Source: Nostoc punctiforme PCC 73102
GTDB lineage: Bacteria > Cyanobacteriota > Cyanobacteriia > Cyanobacteriales > Nostocaceae
Direction of reading: 5' to 3'
DNA length: 32,000 bases
Assembly: GCF_000020025.1 (NCBI RefSeq)
Contig: NC_010628.1
Location: 5,970,001 to 6,002,000 of the forward strand
Both the position numbers and the translations under genes were made by a program. How positions within the stretch are numbered: the stretch's first letter is position 1; every line of letters begins with the position of its first letter. Below are positions 1 through 8,935 of this stretch, piece after piece. Under the pieces are notes generated by a model. That model was not told the DNA's origin. It did no database searches and saw only the letters and a program-made list of their open reading frames with translations.

Positions 1-256
1 TACTACCTTTTGAGAAGTCATCATCTCGGCATTAACATCTTTTTTTGACCATTACACGGTAAGATAAATCTAATCAGTCAAATGTTCATTTAAGTCCTAG
101 GTTTTGGTGAGGACAATAATAGAGCTGAAAGCATAATGTCAAGTTGCGCGAGAGGATGTTTATTCAACCTGTATTTTGTAATCAAAGTTACAATTTTTCA
201 CATAGTTGGATAAACATCTGAATAATCAATATGTATATTATCTAGGAAGTTAATTT

Positions 257-583
257 ATGATTATAACTACTACTGACGTAATTCAAGGAGCCGTGATTGA
301 GTCATATTTAGGCATTGTGACAGCAGAAGTAGTCTACGGCAGCAATTTCTTACGGGATTTTTTGGCTGGTATTCGCGATATTATCGGTGGACGCACTGCT
401 AGCTATGAGCGTCTATTTGAGCAGGGTCAACGCAAGGCATTAGAAGAATTAGAACAACGGGCACAACGTTTAGGAGCAAATGCTGTAATCGGGATTGAAA
501 TTGACACTGGCACAATCAATCTTGACCAATCAGGAGTTCTTTTGCTGATTACTGCCACAGGTACTGCTGTAAAAATGCGTTAG
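257..583 (+). CDS. YbjQ/UPF0145-family small protein (heavy-metal-binding-domain-like)
   Basis: 108-aa ORF with ATG start. The pattern MIITTT...IESYLGIV..E.V.G.N..RDF.AGIRDIIGGR...YE...AL.EL...A..LGANAV.GI..D matches the YbjQ/UPF0145 family as I remember it. Confidence 0.8.
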   Translation: MIITTTDVIQGAVIESYLGIVTAEVVYGSNFLRDFLAGIRDIIGGRTASYERLFEQGQRKALEELEQRAQRLGANAVIGIEIDTGTINLDQSGVLLLITATGTAVKMR

Positions 584-928
584 TTTTTATTGGCTATATA
601 AATTACTTGGTTAGGAATTTTAAAGTATTACAAAAGTTTTTTATTAAGTTAAAGCTCCAGCCAGATAGATTGTTTTATTATGTCAGAGAATAATTATATT
701 TTAATTTAAGTATTTTCCTGAAAAAGCTCTAAAAAATTATTAAAAAATAAATGCTAGTTTTTGGATTAAATATTGTTAAATAAATTTGAATTTTATTACT
801 AAAGATAGATTAAATAAGTATTTCTATTGATAGATAGAAAATTATATGATTTAGCTATTTAATTTTAAGCATAAACATGAATATACCTGAGATAAAGTTT
901 GCGGAAACAGTACTGGAGAACATAAGCT

Positions 929-1561
929 ATGTCATACGTAAATCGGACAGGTAATGACGTTATTTCTACTGAGCCTGTGGTAGCAGGGCGAGTAGCCGAG
1001 TATCACGACCTTGTTCGCTGGGGACCGATTATTTCGGGTTTACTAGTATCTTTAGCTACTCAACTAATTTTAAGCGCTATAATTGGTGCGGTTGCAGCAG
1101 GCACAGTCGAAGGTTCAGGTGCGCCCAGATCAATTGCTCCTAACGCTGCAGGTAATGCGGGACTTTGGTCAACTATCGCTTTGCTAATATCCTTATTTAC
1201 TGGTGGTTGGGTTACAGCCCGTGCTTGTGGACCAATGAACCGTAATACCGCTCTTCTTAATGGTGCAATTCTTTGGGCAACGACTTTGGCAGTTAGCTCA
1301 TGGTTGTTAGCAAGTGGGGTATCTGGTGCTTTTGGTGTTGCTGCTTCTAACGCTGGGGAAGTTATAAACCAGGTACAACAGCAAGGTGGTGTTAATGTAC
1401 CACGAGCAAACATAAGTGCCCAACAAGCTCGTGATGCGGCTGCTAATTTGCGTTCGGGACTGTGGTGGTTTGTGTTTGGTTCTTTGTTGGGTTTAATAGC
1501 CTCAATGATTGGAGCCGTAACTGGAGCTCGTAGTCCTCGGGCTAACACTTACAATCCTTAA
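929..1561 (+). CDS. Gly/Ala-rich integral membrane protein, function unknown
   Basis: 210-aa ORF with GGAGA about 10 nt upstream of the ATG. About four hydrophobic helices (e.g. IISGLLVSLATQLILSAIIGAVAA and LWWFVFGSLLGLIASMIGAV). A rho-independent terminator follows. The mirror ORF on the minus strand is judged spurious. Confidence 0.6.
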   Translation: MSYVNRTGNDVISTEPVVAGRVAEYHDLVRWGPIISGLLVSLATQLILSAIIGAVAAGTVEGSGAPRSIAPNAAGNAGLWSTIALLISLFTGGWVTARACGPMNRNTALLNGAILWATTLAVSSWLLASGVSGAFGVAASNAGEVINQVQQQGGVNVPRANISAQQARDAAANLRSGLWWFVFGSLLGLIASMIGAVTGARSPRANTYNP

Positions 1562-1595
1562 ATAATTATTCGACAAGCAAAATATTATCAACTTC

Positions 1596-1624
1596 AAAAG
1601 CACTTAAAAAAGTGCTTTTTGTTT
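1596..1624 (+). terminator. Rho-independent terminator after the membrane-protein gene
   Basis: 9-bp stem aaaagcact / agtgctttt with a 6-nt loop, followed by a T-run (tttttgttt), 35 nt after the stop codon. Confidence 0.6.
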
Positions 1625-2082
1625 ATTATTCAAGACTGGCATTTGTAGCATCCAATTGATTCTGCCGTTGTCAAAATACGACTATAAATTGCTTTTAAAA
1701 TTTAGCTTAAACTTTAAAAAAGTAGCGATGGATGCTACTGGGAAAATACGAACCATCGTAACCAAATTCAAAACAATATTTTACTTGTACTACTTTATAA
1801 GATAGCTCTTGATCGGACTATGCAATTTTAATCAGATATTTTTTTTAAAAGAGAAATATATTAATCTCACAACTTTTTGCATACTAATTTTATAAGTAAA
1901 TTGCAACTTTAGTTGTATATCCGAAGTTGAGTATCAGTATGGAATGTTTCTTACTAAAGGATCATGAATATATCGTATTTGAATAGCTAAATTAAAAAAG
2001 TCAATGTATTAATACAAAACCGAGATAGGGTTTTGACTTGCTAAAAAAGCAAGAGTTTTATTTGATTACAAGGAGTACTATC

Positions 2083-2412
2083 ATGGCAGACACAAGCAAA
2101 CGTGGTTTTGCTTCGATGGATGATGACAAGCAACGCGAAATAGCAAGTAAGGGCGGACAAGCTGCCCATGAAAAGGGTACTGCCCATGAGTTTACATCTG
2201 AAGAAGCTCGTGAGGCTGGGCACAAAGGTGGTGAAGCTGTGAGTCAGGATAGAGAACACATGGCTGAAATCGGTCGTGAGGGTGGCAAGAAATCTCACAG
2301 TGGCGGTCGTAATCAAGATAGTGATGATGCTGATAGTGAAGAAAAAGGTACCCAAGGAGGCACGCCAGAACAACATGCTGAGGCTGGGCGGCAAAGTCAC
2401 AAAAATAAATAG
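2083..2412 (+). CDS. KGG-repeat general stress protein (YciG/GsiB-like)
   Basis: Repeated motifs SKGGQAAHEKG, GHKGGEAV, GREGGKKSHSGG and a highly charged composition. AGGAG at 2071-2075 sits 7 nt upstream of the ATG at 2083. The TTG at 2038 in the ORF track is probably not the real start. Confidence 0.8.
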   Translation: MADTSKRGFASMDDDKQREIASKGGQAAHEKGTAHEFTSEEAREAGHKGGEAVSQDREHMAEIGREGGKKSHSGGRNQDSDDADSEEKGTQGGTPEQHAEAGRQSHKNK

Positions 2413-2489
2413 ACTCATCGCCTGGCATTTAAAAGATTCTCACTTTAGTATTGGGGTTTAGGATAATTTCCAACATATCCTATTTGTTA

Positions 2490-2535
2490 ATATCCCGCTT
2501 CTAAGCAACAATAATGTTTTTTAGATGCGGGATAT
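2490..2535. terminator. Hairpin between convergent genes (possible bidirectional terminator)
   Basis: atatcccgcttcta (2490-2503) pairs with tagatgcgggatat (2522-2535), 13 of 14 bp, with an ~18-nt loop. It lies between the KGG gene stop (2412) and the minus-strand 86-aa ORF stop (2589). T-runs are only moderately placed. Confidence 0.35.
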
Positions 2536-2588
2536 CCTATATGAATATTTTTTCAAAGTCAATTAAATGTAAATTATACTACTACAGA

Positions 2589-2849
2589 TCACCATTTAAG
2601 ATATGAACCTTCAATGCCCTCTTCACGGCGGATTTTACCATCTTTTTCAAACCAAGCTATTATTTGCTGCGCTGTCAAATCTTCAATAACAACACCATAT
2701 TCTTGGGCGATATGTTTCAACAGCTTAAGTGATGAAATTGTCAATCTTGTTAAAAATTTTTCTGGGGAAGACAACAACGCTGCGTCTACTTTTGCTGACT
2801 CTTCCAGAGTTAAAAATTGTGCTGATGGTTGCTGTGTTGGTACATCCAT
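2589..2849 (-). CDS. Small acidic hypothetical protein (86 aa)
   Basis: ATG-initiated ORF 58 nt downstream of sufR on the same strand. Its amino-acid composition is natural (E/L/K-rich), whereas the fully overlapping plus-strand ORF (2614-2880) is Cys/Ser-rich in the way antisense artefacts usually are. Confidence 0.5.
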   Translation of the reverse strand: MDVPTQQPSAQFLTLEESAKVDAALLSSPEKFLTRLTISSLKLLKHIAQEYGVVIEDLTAQQIIAWFEKDGKIRREEGIEGSYLKW

Positions 2850-2907
2850 AAACGCTATCTCAAATTTAGTTGATTATTAAAGAGGGGGTAGTAGTTTTCA
2901 CAAATGA

Positions 2908-3597
2908 CTAATGACGAACTTGTACTAAATAGCCACAACGATGTTCGCCATCGATAATCCAGTGGGTGCGCTCTACGGTACAATCTGGTAAGACAGCTGC
3001 AAACATTTCTAATTCGTGACCACAGATGCTGGGGAAAGACTCGGCAACGTTGGAAATGGCGCAGTTATGTTCCATTAAGATAAAGCGATCGCTCTCAAAG
3101 GTGTCATTCACATCAACAGCGTGATACTCTGCCATGAAGCCTTCCGCTTTTCTCAACTCGACTAAGTTGGCTACACGTTCTCGCAGTGAACCGTTACCGA
3201 CGCGATCGCGGTATTCTTTGGCTTTGCGCTGCCACTGTTTCTCTAAAATCGATTTAAATTGATCGTGTCCTACAGTTTCGGCTAAGGTGTCTAGCAGCGA
3301 AACCGCAAAATTTCCGCTTGCATCACCAAAGCGATCGCTCATTGTTCGATGCAAGCGATCGCGTCCTTGACGACTCAGTTCATAAAGATGCTGCGGCCGC
3401 CCCATCCCCGCCGCCTGCACTGATGTCGAATACAAAACTAGCTCCTCCGTCTCCAAATCTTTGAGATGGCGACGAATAGCTTGGGGGGTAACGTCTAAAA
3501 CTTCAGCTAGCTCCAAAGCCGTTGCTTTTTCGTGTTTGTGCAGATACTCAAGGATATCTTGCTTGGTTGAGGACTGGTGGGTAGTCGCCATCTTCAT
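2908..3597 (-). CDS. sufR: SufR, Fe-S-cluster-sensing transcriptional repressor of the suf operon
   Basis: N-terminal winged-helix region (QDILEYLHKHEKATALELAEVLDVTPQAIRRHLKDLE). C-terminal four-Cys cluster (C-x12-C-x13-C-x14-C: CAIS...ICGH...DCTV...RCGY). Divergent from sufBCDS. ATG at 3597 (MKMATTH) or 3591 is preferred over the TTG at 3627. Confidence 0.88.
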   Translation of the reverse strand: MKMATTHQSSTKQDILEYLHKHEKATALELAEVLDVTPQAIRRHLKDLETEELVLYSTSVQAAGMGRPQHLYELSRQGRDRLHRTMSDRFGDASGNFAVSLLDTLAETVGHDQFKSILEKQWQRKAKEYRDRVGNGSLRERVANLVELRKAEGFMAEYHAVDVNDTFESDRFILMEHNCAISNVAESFPSICGHELEMFAAVLPDCTVERTHWIIDGEHRCGYLVQVRH

Positions 3598-3653
3598 GTG
3601 GTGCGAGACGTTCAGCGAACGTCCCAAAAATTTATTTGAAAATTTGACTTTGA

Positions 3654-3667
3654 CAACATTGTTGTTG
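3654..3667. promoter_or_regulatory. Candidate SufR operator 1 (CAAC-N6-GTTG)
   Basis: caac attgtt gttg in the sufR-sufB divergent spacer. It matches the published cyanobacterial SufR inverted-repeat consensus CAAC-N6-GTTG. Confidence 0.5.
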
Positions 3668-3695
3668 TTAATTTAGCGTAAAATGAAGATAGATT

Positions 3696-3715
3696 AAACA
3701 ACATAGCTGTTGTTT
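3696..3715. promoter_or_regulatory. Candidate SufR operator 2 (aaaCAAC-N6-GTTGttt)
   Basis: aaacaac atagct gttgttt has 7-bp perfect inverted arms with a 6-nt spacer, about 130 nt upstream of the sufB ATG. Confidence 0.55.
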
Positions 3716-3841
3716 TACTCTCCACAACTATTCTAGCAGCCGTGTAACCATTCCGTAACGGTAGGTGGGAATCGGCTAAAGAAACCCCGTCTCCCATCCT
3801 TTTAGAGAGATTCAAGTTCCGAACACGAGAGATTATTACTG

Positions 3842-5281
3842 ATGAGTGCCACTGTCAAAACCTTAGTCAACCAACCCTACAAGTACGGCTTTGTCACGGA
3901 CATTGAGGCCGACACTATTCCGCGTGGACTAGACGAGGACGTTATCCGCTTGATCTCCTCTAAGAAGAACGAGCCGCAGTTCATGCTCGACTTTCGTCTC
4001 AGAGCTTATCGCCAGTGGCAAAAAATGACGGAGCCAACTTGGCCGAATGTCAAGTATCCGCCAATAAATTATCAGGATATTATTTACTATTCAGCACCAA
4101 AACGTAAGAAAGAAAAGCTAAACAGCTTGGATGAAGTTGATCCAACCCTTTTAGAAACCTTCGAGAAGTTAGGCATTTCCCTATCTGAACAGAAGCGGCT
4201 AGCAAATGTCGCCGTTGATGCAATTTTTGATAGCGTTTCTGTCGCCACTACATTTAAAGAAAAGCTAGCGGAAGATGGCGTTATTTTCTGTTCGTTTTCC
4301 GAAGCGTTGCAAGAACACCCAGAACTGATCAAAAAATATTTGGGTAGCGTTGTTCCCATCGCTGACAATTATTTTGCTGCCTTGAACGCCGCCGTATTTA
4401 GCGATGGTTCTTTTGTCTATATTCCTAAAGGCGTAAAATGCCCAATGGAACTATCTACCTACTTCCGCATCAACTCTGGTGACACGGGACAATTTGAGCG
4501 GACTTTGATTGTCGCCGAAGAAGGTAGTTATGTTTCTTACCTCGAAGGTTGCACCGCACCGATGTATGATAGCAACCAACTACACGCCGCAGTTGTGGAA
4601 CTCGTCGCCCTCGACAACGCCGAAATTAAATACTCCACTGTACAAAACTGGTACGCTGGAGATGCTAATGGTAAAGGCGGTATTTACAACTTTGTCACCA
4701 AGCGCGGTTTGTGTCAGGGCGTAAATTCCAAGATTTCCTGGACTCAAGTAGAAACAGGTTCGGCAATTACTTGGAAATACCCTAGCTGTGTGTTGGTGGG
4801 TGATAACTCCGTGGGTGAGTTTTACTCTGTGGCGCTGACAAATCATCAGCAGCAAGCTGATACAGGTAGTAAGATGATTCACGTAGGTAAGAATACCCGC
4901 AGTACAATTATTTCTAAAGGAATCTCCGCAGGTAATTCTAGTAATAGCTACCGGGGTTTGGTGAAAGTTAATCCAACGGCGAATGGGGCGAGAAATTATT
5001 CTCAGTGTGACTCAATGCTGATTGGGGATAATGCCCATGCGAATACTTTCCCTTATATTCAGGTGCAAAATAACGGTGCGAAGGTGGAGCATGAAGCTTC
5101 TACTTCTAAGATTGGGGAAGATCAGTTATTTTACTTTGCTCAACGGGGTATTTCTTCAGAAGATGCCATTTCGATGATGATTAGCGGCTTCTGTAAGGAT
5201 GTTTTCAATCAGCTACCGATGGAGTTTGCTGTGGAAGCTGATAAGTTGTTGAGTTTGAAGTTGGAAGGCAGTGTTGGATAA
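3842..5281 (+). CDS. sufB: SufB, Fe-S cluster assembly scaffold
   Basis: 479-aa ORF. Strongly SufB-like throughout ([76 protein letters not shown]). First gene of the sufBCDS order. Confidence 0.95.
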   Translation: MSATVKTLVNQPYKYGFVTDIEADTIPRGLDEDVIRLISSKKNEPQFMLDFRLRAYRQWQKMTEPTWPNVKYPPINYQDIIYYSAPKRKKEKLNSLDEVDPTLLETFEKLGISLSEQKRLANVAVDAIFDSVSVATTFKEKLAEDGVIFCSFSEALQEHPELIKKYLGSVVPIADNYFAALNAAVFSDGSFVYIPKGVKCPMELSTYFRINSGDTGQFERTLIVAEEGSYVSYLEGCTAPMYDSNQLHAAVVELVALDNAEIKYSTVQNWYAGDANGKGGIYNFVTKRGLCQGVNSKISWTQVETGSAITWKYPSCVLVGDNSVGEFYSVALTNHQQQADTGSKMIHVGKNTRSTIISKGISAGNSSNSYRGLVKVNPTANGARNYSQCDSMLIGDNAHANTFPYIQVQNNGAKVEHEASTSKIGEDQLFYFAQRGISSEDAISMMISGFCKDVFNQLPMEFAVEADKLLSLKLEGSVG

Positions 5282-5290
5282 GTGGCAGCA

Positions 5291-5331
5291 AGGATAAACA
5301 CAGAGACATCGGTGTTCTGTGTTTATCTTTT
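5291..5331 (+). terminator. Terminator-like hairpin inside the suf operon (sufB-sufC spacer)
   Basis: Stem gataaacacag (5293-5303) / ctgtgtttatc (5317-5327), extendable by 2 bp, with a 13-nt loop, followed by tcttttgg. It starts 10 nt after the sufB stop. Confidence 0.4.
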
Positions 5332-5342
5332 GGAAGAATCAA

Positions 5343-5385
5343 CGAACCGCAAAGGGCGCAAAGAGCGCAAAGAAAGAGAAGGGAG
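5343..5385 (+). repeat. Purine-rich short dispersed repeat, copy A (intergenic)
   Basis: cgaaccgcaaagggcgcaaagagcgcaaagaaagagaagggag. Built from (g)cgcaaag sub-repeats. About 90% identical to copy B at 6831-6869 apart from a 1-nt and a 3-nt gap. Confidence 0.7.
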
Positions 5386-5390
5386 AGAAG

Positions 5391-6182
5391 ATGATTATTG
5401 AAAATAGTGAAGTTGTGCTGTCGGTACGGAATCTGACGGCTAATGTTGATGGGACACCGATTTTGAAAGGTGTGAATCTTGAGGTGCGATCGGGTGAAAT
5501 TCATGCGATCATGGGGCCGAATGGTTCTGGTAAGAGTACTTTTTCTAAGGTGTTGGCTGGGCATCCGGCGTATGAGGTGACTGGCGGTGAGGTGATTTTC
5601 CAGGGGCAAAATCTCCTGGAGTTGGAACCGGAGGAACGCGCAAGAAGTGGTGTGTTTTTGGCGTTTCAGTATCCGTTAGAAATTCCGGGTGTGAGCAATT
5701 TGGATTTCTTGCGGGTGGCGTACAATTCCCGTCGGAAGGCGCAAGGTTTAGAGGAAATAGACGCTTTTGATTTTGACGATTTGATTGAGGAAAAGCTGGA
5801 TGTGGTGAAGATGAATGCCAGTTTTCTCAGTCGTAGTTTGAATGAAGGGTTTTCTGGTGGTGAGAAAAAGCGGAATGAAATTCTGCAAATGGCGTTGCTG
5901 GAACCAAAGTTAGGAATTTTGGATGAAACTGATTCGGGTTTGGATATTGACGCGCTCAGAATTGTGGCGAATGGGGTAAATCAACTGGCAAGTCCAGAAA
6001 ATTCGACAATTTTGATTACTCACTATCAAAGATTACTCGATTATATTGTGCCTGATTTTGTGCATGTGATGGCACAAGGGCAGATTATTACGAGTGGTGG
6101 TAAAGAACTGGCGCTGGAATTAGAGTCTCGCGGTTATGACTGGGTGCTAGAAGAATTTGCAGCTGCTGAGGTGGGTGTGTAA
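5391..6182 (+). CDS. sufC: SufC, Fe-S assembly ATPase
   Basis: Walker [13 protein letters not shown] signature FSGGEKKR, Walker [20 protein letters not shown] lies upstream of the ATG at 5391. The GTG at 5319 in the ORF track falls inside the hairpin and would translate the repeat, so it is rejected. Confidence 0.95.
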   Translation: MIIENSEVVLSVRNLTANVDGTPILKGVNLEVRSGEIHAIMGPNGSGKSTFSKVLAGHPAYEVTGGEVIFQGQNLLELEPEERARSGVFLAFQYPLEIPGVSNLDFLRVAYNSRRKAQGLEEIDAFDFDDLIEEKLDVVKMNASFLSRSLNEGFSGGEKKRNEILQMALLEPKLGILDETDSGLDIDALRIVANGVNQLASPENSTILITHYQRLLDYIVPDFVHVMAQGQIITSGGKELALELESRGYDWVLEEFAAAEVGV

Positions 6183-7555
6183 TGAATATTCAAGTATCTC
6201 CTAGTCCAATACCTAATTCAAATGCAGTCAGTTTGACATCGATGTTAGATAGAGATGATTATCTGACTGGGTTGTTAAATCAAGTAACAGCGACTAAAAC
6301 AGAAGGTTGGTTGCAGGAATTACGCCAAAGTGCCGCTAATTGGGTACGCCACTCGATTATCCCGACTACCCGCGAGGAAGAATGGCGATTTACTGATTTG
6401 TCGTCTCTACGAAAGGTGCAATTTAATATAGAGACGGTAAATTATGCGTCTTTAGAATTTGATATTTTGCCAGAGGCGGCTAATAGTCGTTTGGTATTTG
6501 TTAATGGCGTTTTTGCACCGGAGTTATCCGCAGTTTCAGATTTACCATCTGGAATTGTAGTGAGTAATTTGGCTGGTTTGTCTGTACTTGAGCAGGAAGG
6601 TGTACGGCAGTTTTTAGCTCAAGCTGAGGGAGCGCAGGAAGTTTTTACTGCTCTCAATACGGCTGGGATAACTGATGCAGCTGTGGTGTGGGTGAAGAAA
6701 AATGTGGTAGTTGAAACGCCAATTCATTTGGTGTTTATTTCGGTTGTGGGTGAAACGGCGACGATTTCGCAGCCGCGTTGTTTGGTGGTGGCGGAGAGTG
6801 GTTCGGAGGTGACGTTGGTTGAAGAGTATACGAACCGCAGAGGTGCAGAGAGCGCAGAGAAAGAGGGAGTATATTTCACCAATGCAGTTACGGAAGTTTG
6901 GGTTGGTGACAATGCCCAAGTGAGCCACACTAGGGTTGAGCAAGAAGGTGCAGAGGCTTTTCATATTGGGAAAACTGCGATCGCACAAGCTCGTGATAGT
7001 CGATATACTTGTCATGCCATAACTTTAGGTGCAAAGTTGTCGCGGCACAATTTAGAAATTTTGCAAACTGGCGAGCAGACACAAACTACTCTCAATGGTT
7101 TAACGATAATTTCTGGTAAACAATTGTCTGATACTCACAGTGCGATCGCACTCAATTATCCTCACGGTACAAGTGACCAATTGCATAAATGTATTGTAGG
7201 CGATCGCGCTCATGCGGTGTTCAATGGTAAAGTTTTTGTACCCAAACTAGCGCAGTTAACAAATGCATCCCAGTTGAATCGCAATTTGCTGCTATCGTCT
7301 AAAGCCAGAGTTGATACCAAACCCCAATTGGAAATTACTGCGGATAATGTTAAATGCGCTCACGGTGCTACTGTTAGCCAATTAGAAGATGACGAAATAT
7401 TCTATCTGCAAAGTCGGGGAATTGATGAAAACGATGCTCGGAAGTTGTTAATTAACGCCTTCGCTGCTGAAGTTATCAACCAAATACCGATTCCCTCTCT
7501 GCGAGAAATCCTTTTAAACACAGTGAATAATCTCAAGTCCCTGACTAATGAGTAA
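6182..7555 (+). CDS. sufD: SufD, Fe-S assembly protein
   Basis: 457-aa ORF whose start overlaps the sufC stop (TAATG). C-terminal SufB/D signature [28 protein letters not shown]. Correct position in the sufBCDS order. Confidence 0.92.
   Translation: MNIQVSPSPIPNSNAVSLTSMLDRDDYLTGLLNQVTATKTEGWLQELRQSAANWVRHSIIPTTREEEWRFTDLSSLRKVQFNIETVNYASLEFDILPEAANSRLVFVNGVFAPELSAVSDLPSGIVVSNLAGLSVLEQEGVRQFLAQAEGAQEVFTALNTAGITDAAVVWVKKNVVVETPIHLVFISVVGETATISQPRCLVVAESGSEVTLVEEYTNRRGAESAEKEGVYFTNAVTEVWVGDNAQVSHTRVEQEGAEAFHIGKTAIAQARDSRYTCHAITLGAKLSRHNLEILQTGEQTQTTLNGLTIISGKQLSDTHSAIALNYPHGTSDQLHKCIVGDRAHAVFNGKVFVPKLAQLTNASQLNRNLLLSSKARVDTKPQLEITADNVKCAHGATVSQLEDDEIFYLQSRGIDENDARKLLINAFAAEVINQIPIPSLREILLNTVNNLKSLTNE
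6831..6869 (+). repeat. Purine-rich short dispersed repeat, copy B (in frame within sufD)
   Basis: cgaaccgcagaggtgcagagagcgcagagaaagagggag, encoding [12 protein letters not shown] of SufD. See copy A. Confidence 0.7.
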
Positions 7556-7569
7556 TAACTAATCTACCA

Positions 7570-8832
7570 ATGACTTTTACTCCTACCAAAACCCTTGCTG
7601 ATAAAGTTCGCGCTGACTTCCCGATATTGCATCAGGAAGTCAATGAGAAACCCTTGGTTTATCTCGATAATGCTGCGACATCGCAAAAGCCTTTATTCGT
7701 ATTAAATACCCTACGGGATTATTACGAGCAATATAATGCTAACGTGCATCGAGGTGCCCATTCTCTGAGTGCTAAAGCTACTGATGCTTATGAAGGTGCT
7801 AGAGATAAAGTTGCCAAATTCATCAATGCTGCATCGCGTCAGGAAATTGTCTACACGCGCAATGCAAGTGAGGCGATTAACCTAGTAGCTTATAGCTGGG
7901 GAATGAATAATTTGCAGCCGGGAGATGAAATTATTCTGTCGGTGATGGAACACCACAGTAATATTGTGCCTTGGCAATTGGTGGCGCAAAAAACTGGCGC
8001 AGTACTTAAATTTGTGGAACTGACACCAGAAGAAACTTTTGATTTAGAACAGTTTAAAAAACTGATTTCTGAAAAAACAAAGTTAGTGTCAGTGGTACAT
8101 ATTTCTAATGCTTTGGGTTGCATTAATCCAGTTGAAGAAATTGGTGCGATCGCACATAAATACGGTGCTAAATTTTTAGTTGATGCTTGCCAAAGTGTTC
8201 CCCACTATCCTGTGGATGTGCAGAAAATAGATTGTGATTGGTTGGTAGCATCTGGTCATAAAATGTGCGCTCCAACTGGGATAGGATTTCTGTATGGCAA
8301 GTTGGAATTGTTAGAATCAATGCCGCCATTTTTTGGTGGTGGTGAGATGATTGCAGAGGTGTATTTAGACCATTCTACTTATGCAGAATTACCGCATAAA
8401 TTTGAAGCTGGTACACCTGCAATTGGAGAAGCGATCGCACTTGGTGCTGCGATCGATTATCTTAGCAGTATCGGCATGGATAAAATCCACGCCTACGAAG
8501 CAGAATTAACGGCTTATTTGTTCCAACAATTAGAGCAAATTCCCCAAATTAGAATTTACGGCCCCAAACCAAATGCAAAAGGTGAAGGTAGAGCCGCTCT
8601 TGCGTCATTCACAGCCGGAGAAGTTCACGCTAACGACTTATCTACATTATTAGATCAAGAAGGCGTTGCTATCCGTTCTGGACACCACTGCACGCAACCA
8701 TTACACCGTTACTTAGGTCTTGCTGCAACCGCACGAGCAAGTCTATCTTTCTACAACACCCGTGAGGAAATTGATATTTTCATCAAAGCACTGAAAGAAA
8801 CTCTTGACTTCTTTGCAGGTTTCCTTGCTTAA
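7570..8832 (+). CDS. sufS: SufS, group II cysteine desulfurase
   Basis: 420 aa. PLP-lysine motif [17 protein letters not shown], active-site Cys loop RSGHHCTQP, and N-terminal [11 protein letters not shown]. Confidence 0.95.
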   Translation: MTFTPTKTLADKVRADFPILHQEVNEKPLVYLDNAATSQKPLFVLNTLRDYYEQYNANVHRGAHSLSAKATDAYEGARDKVAKFINAASRQEIVYTRNASEAINLVAYSWGMNNLQPGDEIILSVMEHHSNIVPWQLVAQKTGAVLKFVELTPEETFDLEQFKKLISEKTKLVSVVHISNALGCINPVEEIGAIAHKYGAKFLVDACQSVPHYPVDVQKIDCDWLVASGHKMCAPTGIGFLYGKLELLESMPPFFGGGEMIAEVYLDHSTYAELPHKFEAGTPAIGEAIALGAAIDYLSSIGMDKIHAYEAELTAYLFQQLEQIPQIRIYGPKPNAKGEGRAALASFTAGEVHANDLSTLLDQEGVAIRSGHHCTQPLHRYLGLAATARASLSFYNTREEIDIFIKALKETLDFFAGFLA

Positions 8833-8855
8833 AGTTACAAAATATTCCGATAGTG

Positions 8856-8901
8856 ATTGTGCCAAATATCAGCAACATATCTTGCTAATAGTTGGCACAA
8901 T
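8856..8901 (+). terminator. Hairpin after sufS (possible terminator or processing site)
   Basis: Perfect 10-bp arms attgtgccaa (8856-8865) / ttggcacaat (8892-8901) with a 26-nt loop, followed by ttaatt. The large loop and weak T-run lower confidence. Confidence 0.35.
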
Positions 8902-8935
8902 TTAATTATCTGGATTATTTACAGGAGTAACTCAA

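Noticed and set aside
1-24. Possible start of a minus-strand gene running off the left edge (revcomp reads ATG ATG ACT TCT CAA AAG GTA GTA).
   Set aside because: Only 8 codons are visible, which is not enough to support a feature.
1060-1548. 162-aa minus-strand ORF overlapping the membrane-protein gene.
   Set aside because: It is a mirror ORF of a Gly/Ala-rich gene with odd composition (CCC, many P/A/R). The plus-strand frame has clear TM helices, an RBS and a terminator.
1645-1804. 9-bp inverted repeat gtagcatcc / ggatgctac (1645-1653, 1730-1738), a local hairpin agtagc/gctact, and a 25-codon ORF (1727-1804) in the long AT-rich spacer.
   Set aside because: The arms are short in AT-rich DNA with a 76-nt spacer, and I have no supporting signals (promoter, terminator, conservation). 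This is too weak to call an sRNA or a micro-ORF.
2041-2461. Three ORFs (2041-2418 -, 2192-2428 -, 2276-2461 +) overlapping the KGG stress-protein gene.
   Set aside because: They are alternative frames of a repetitive charged gene. Only the frame with KGG motifs and an AGGAG-ATG start is credible.
2614-2880. 88-aa plus-strand ORF antisense to the 86-aa ORF.
   Set aside because: Its Cys/Ser-rich composition is typical of an antisense artefact. It is kept only as a caveat in the finding.
3461-3815. ORFs 3461-3676 (+) and 3612-3815 (-) spanning the sufR 5-prime end and the sufR-sufB spacer.
   Set aside because: They overlap the sufR coding region or the operator and promoter region and have no RBS. 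The region is better explained as regulatory DNA.
5205-5609. 134-aa minus-strand ORF, and the GTG-5319 N-terminal extension of sufC.
   Set aside because: The first is antisense to the sufB end and sufC start. The GTG at 5319 lies in the hairpin stem and would translate the dispersed repeat, and canonical SufC begins at MIIENSEV with its own RBS.
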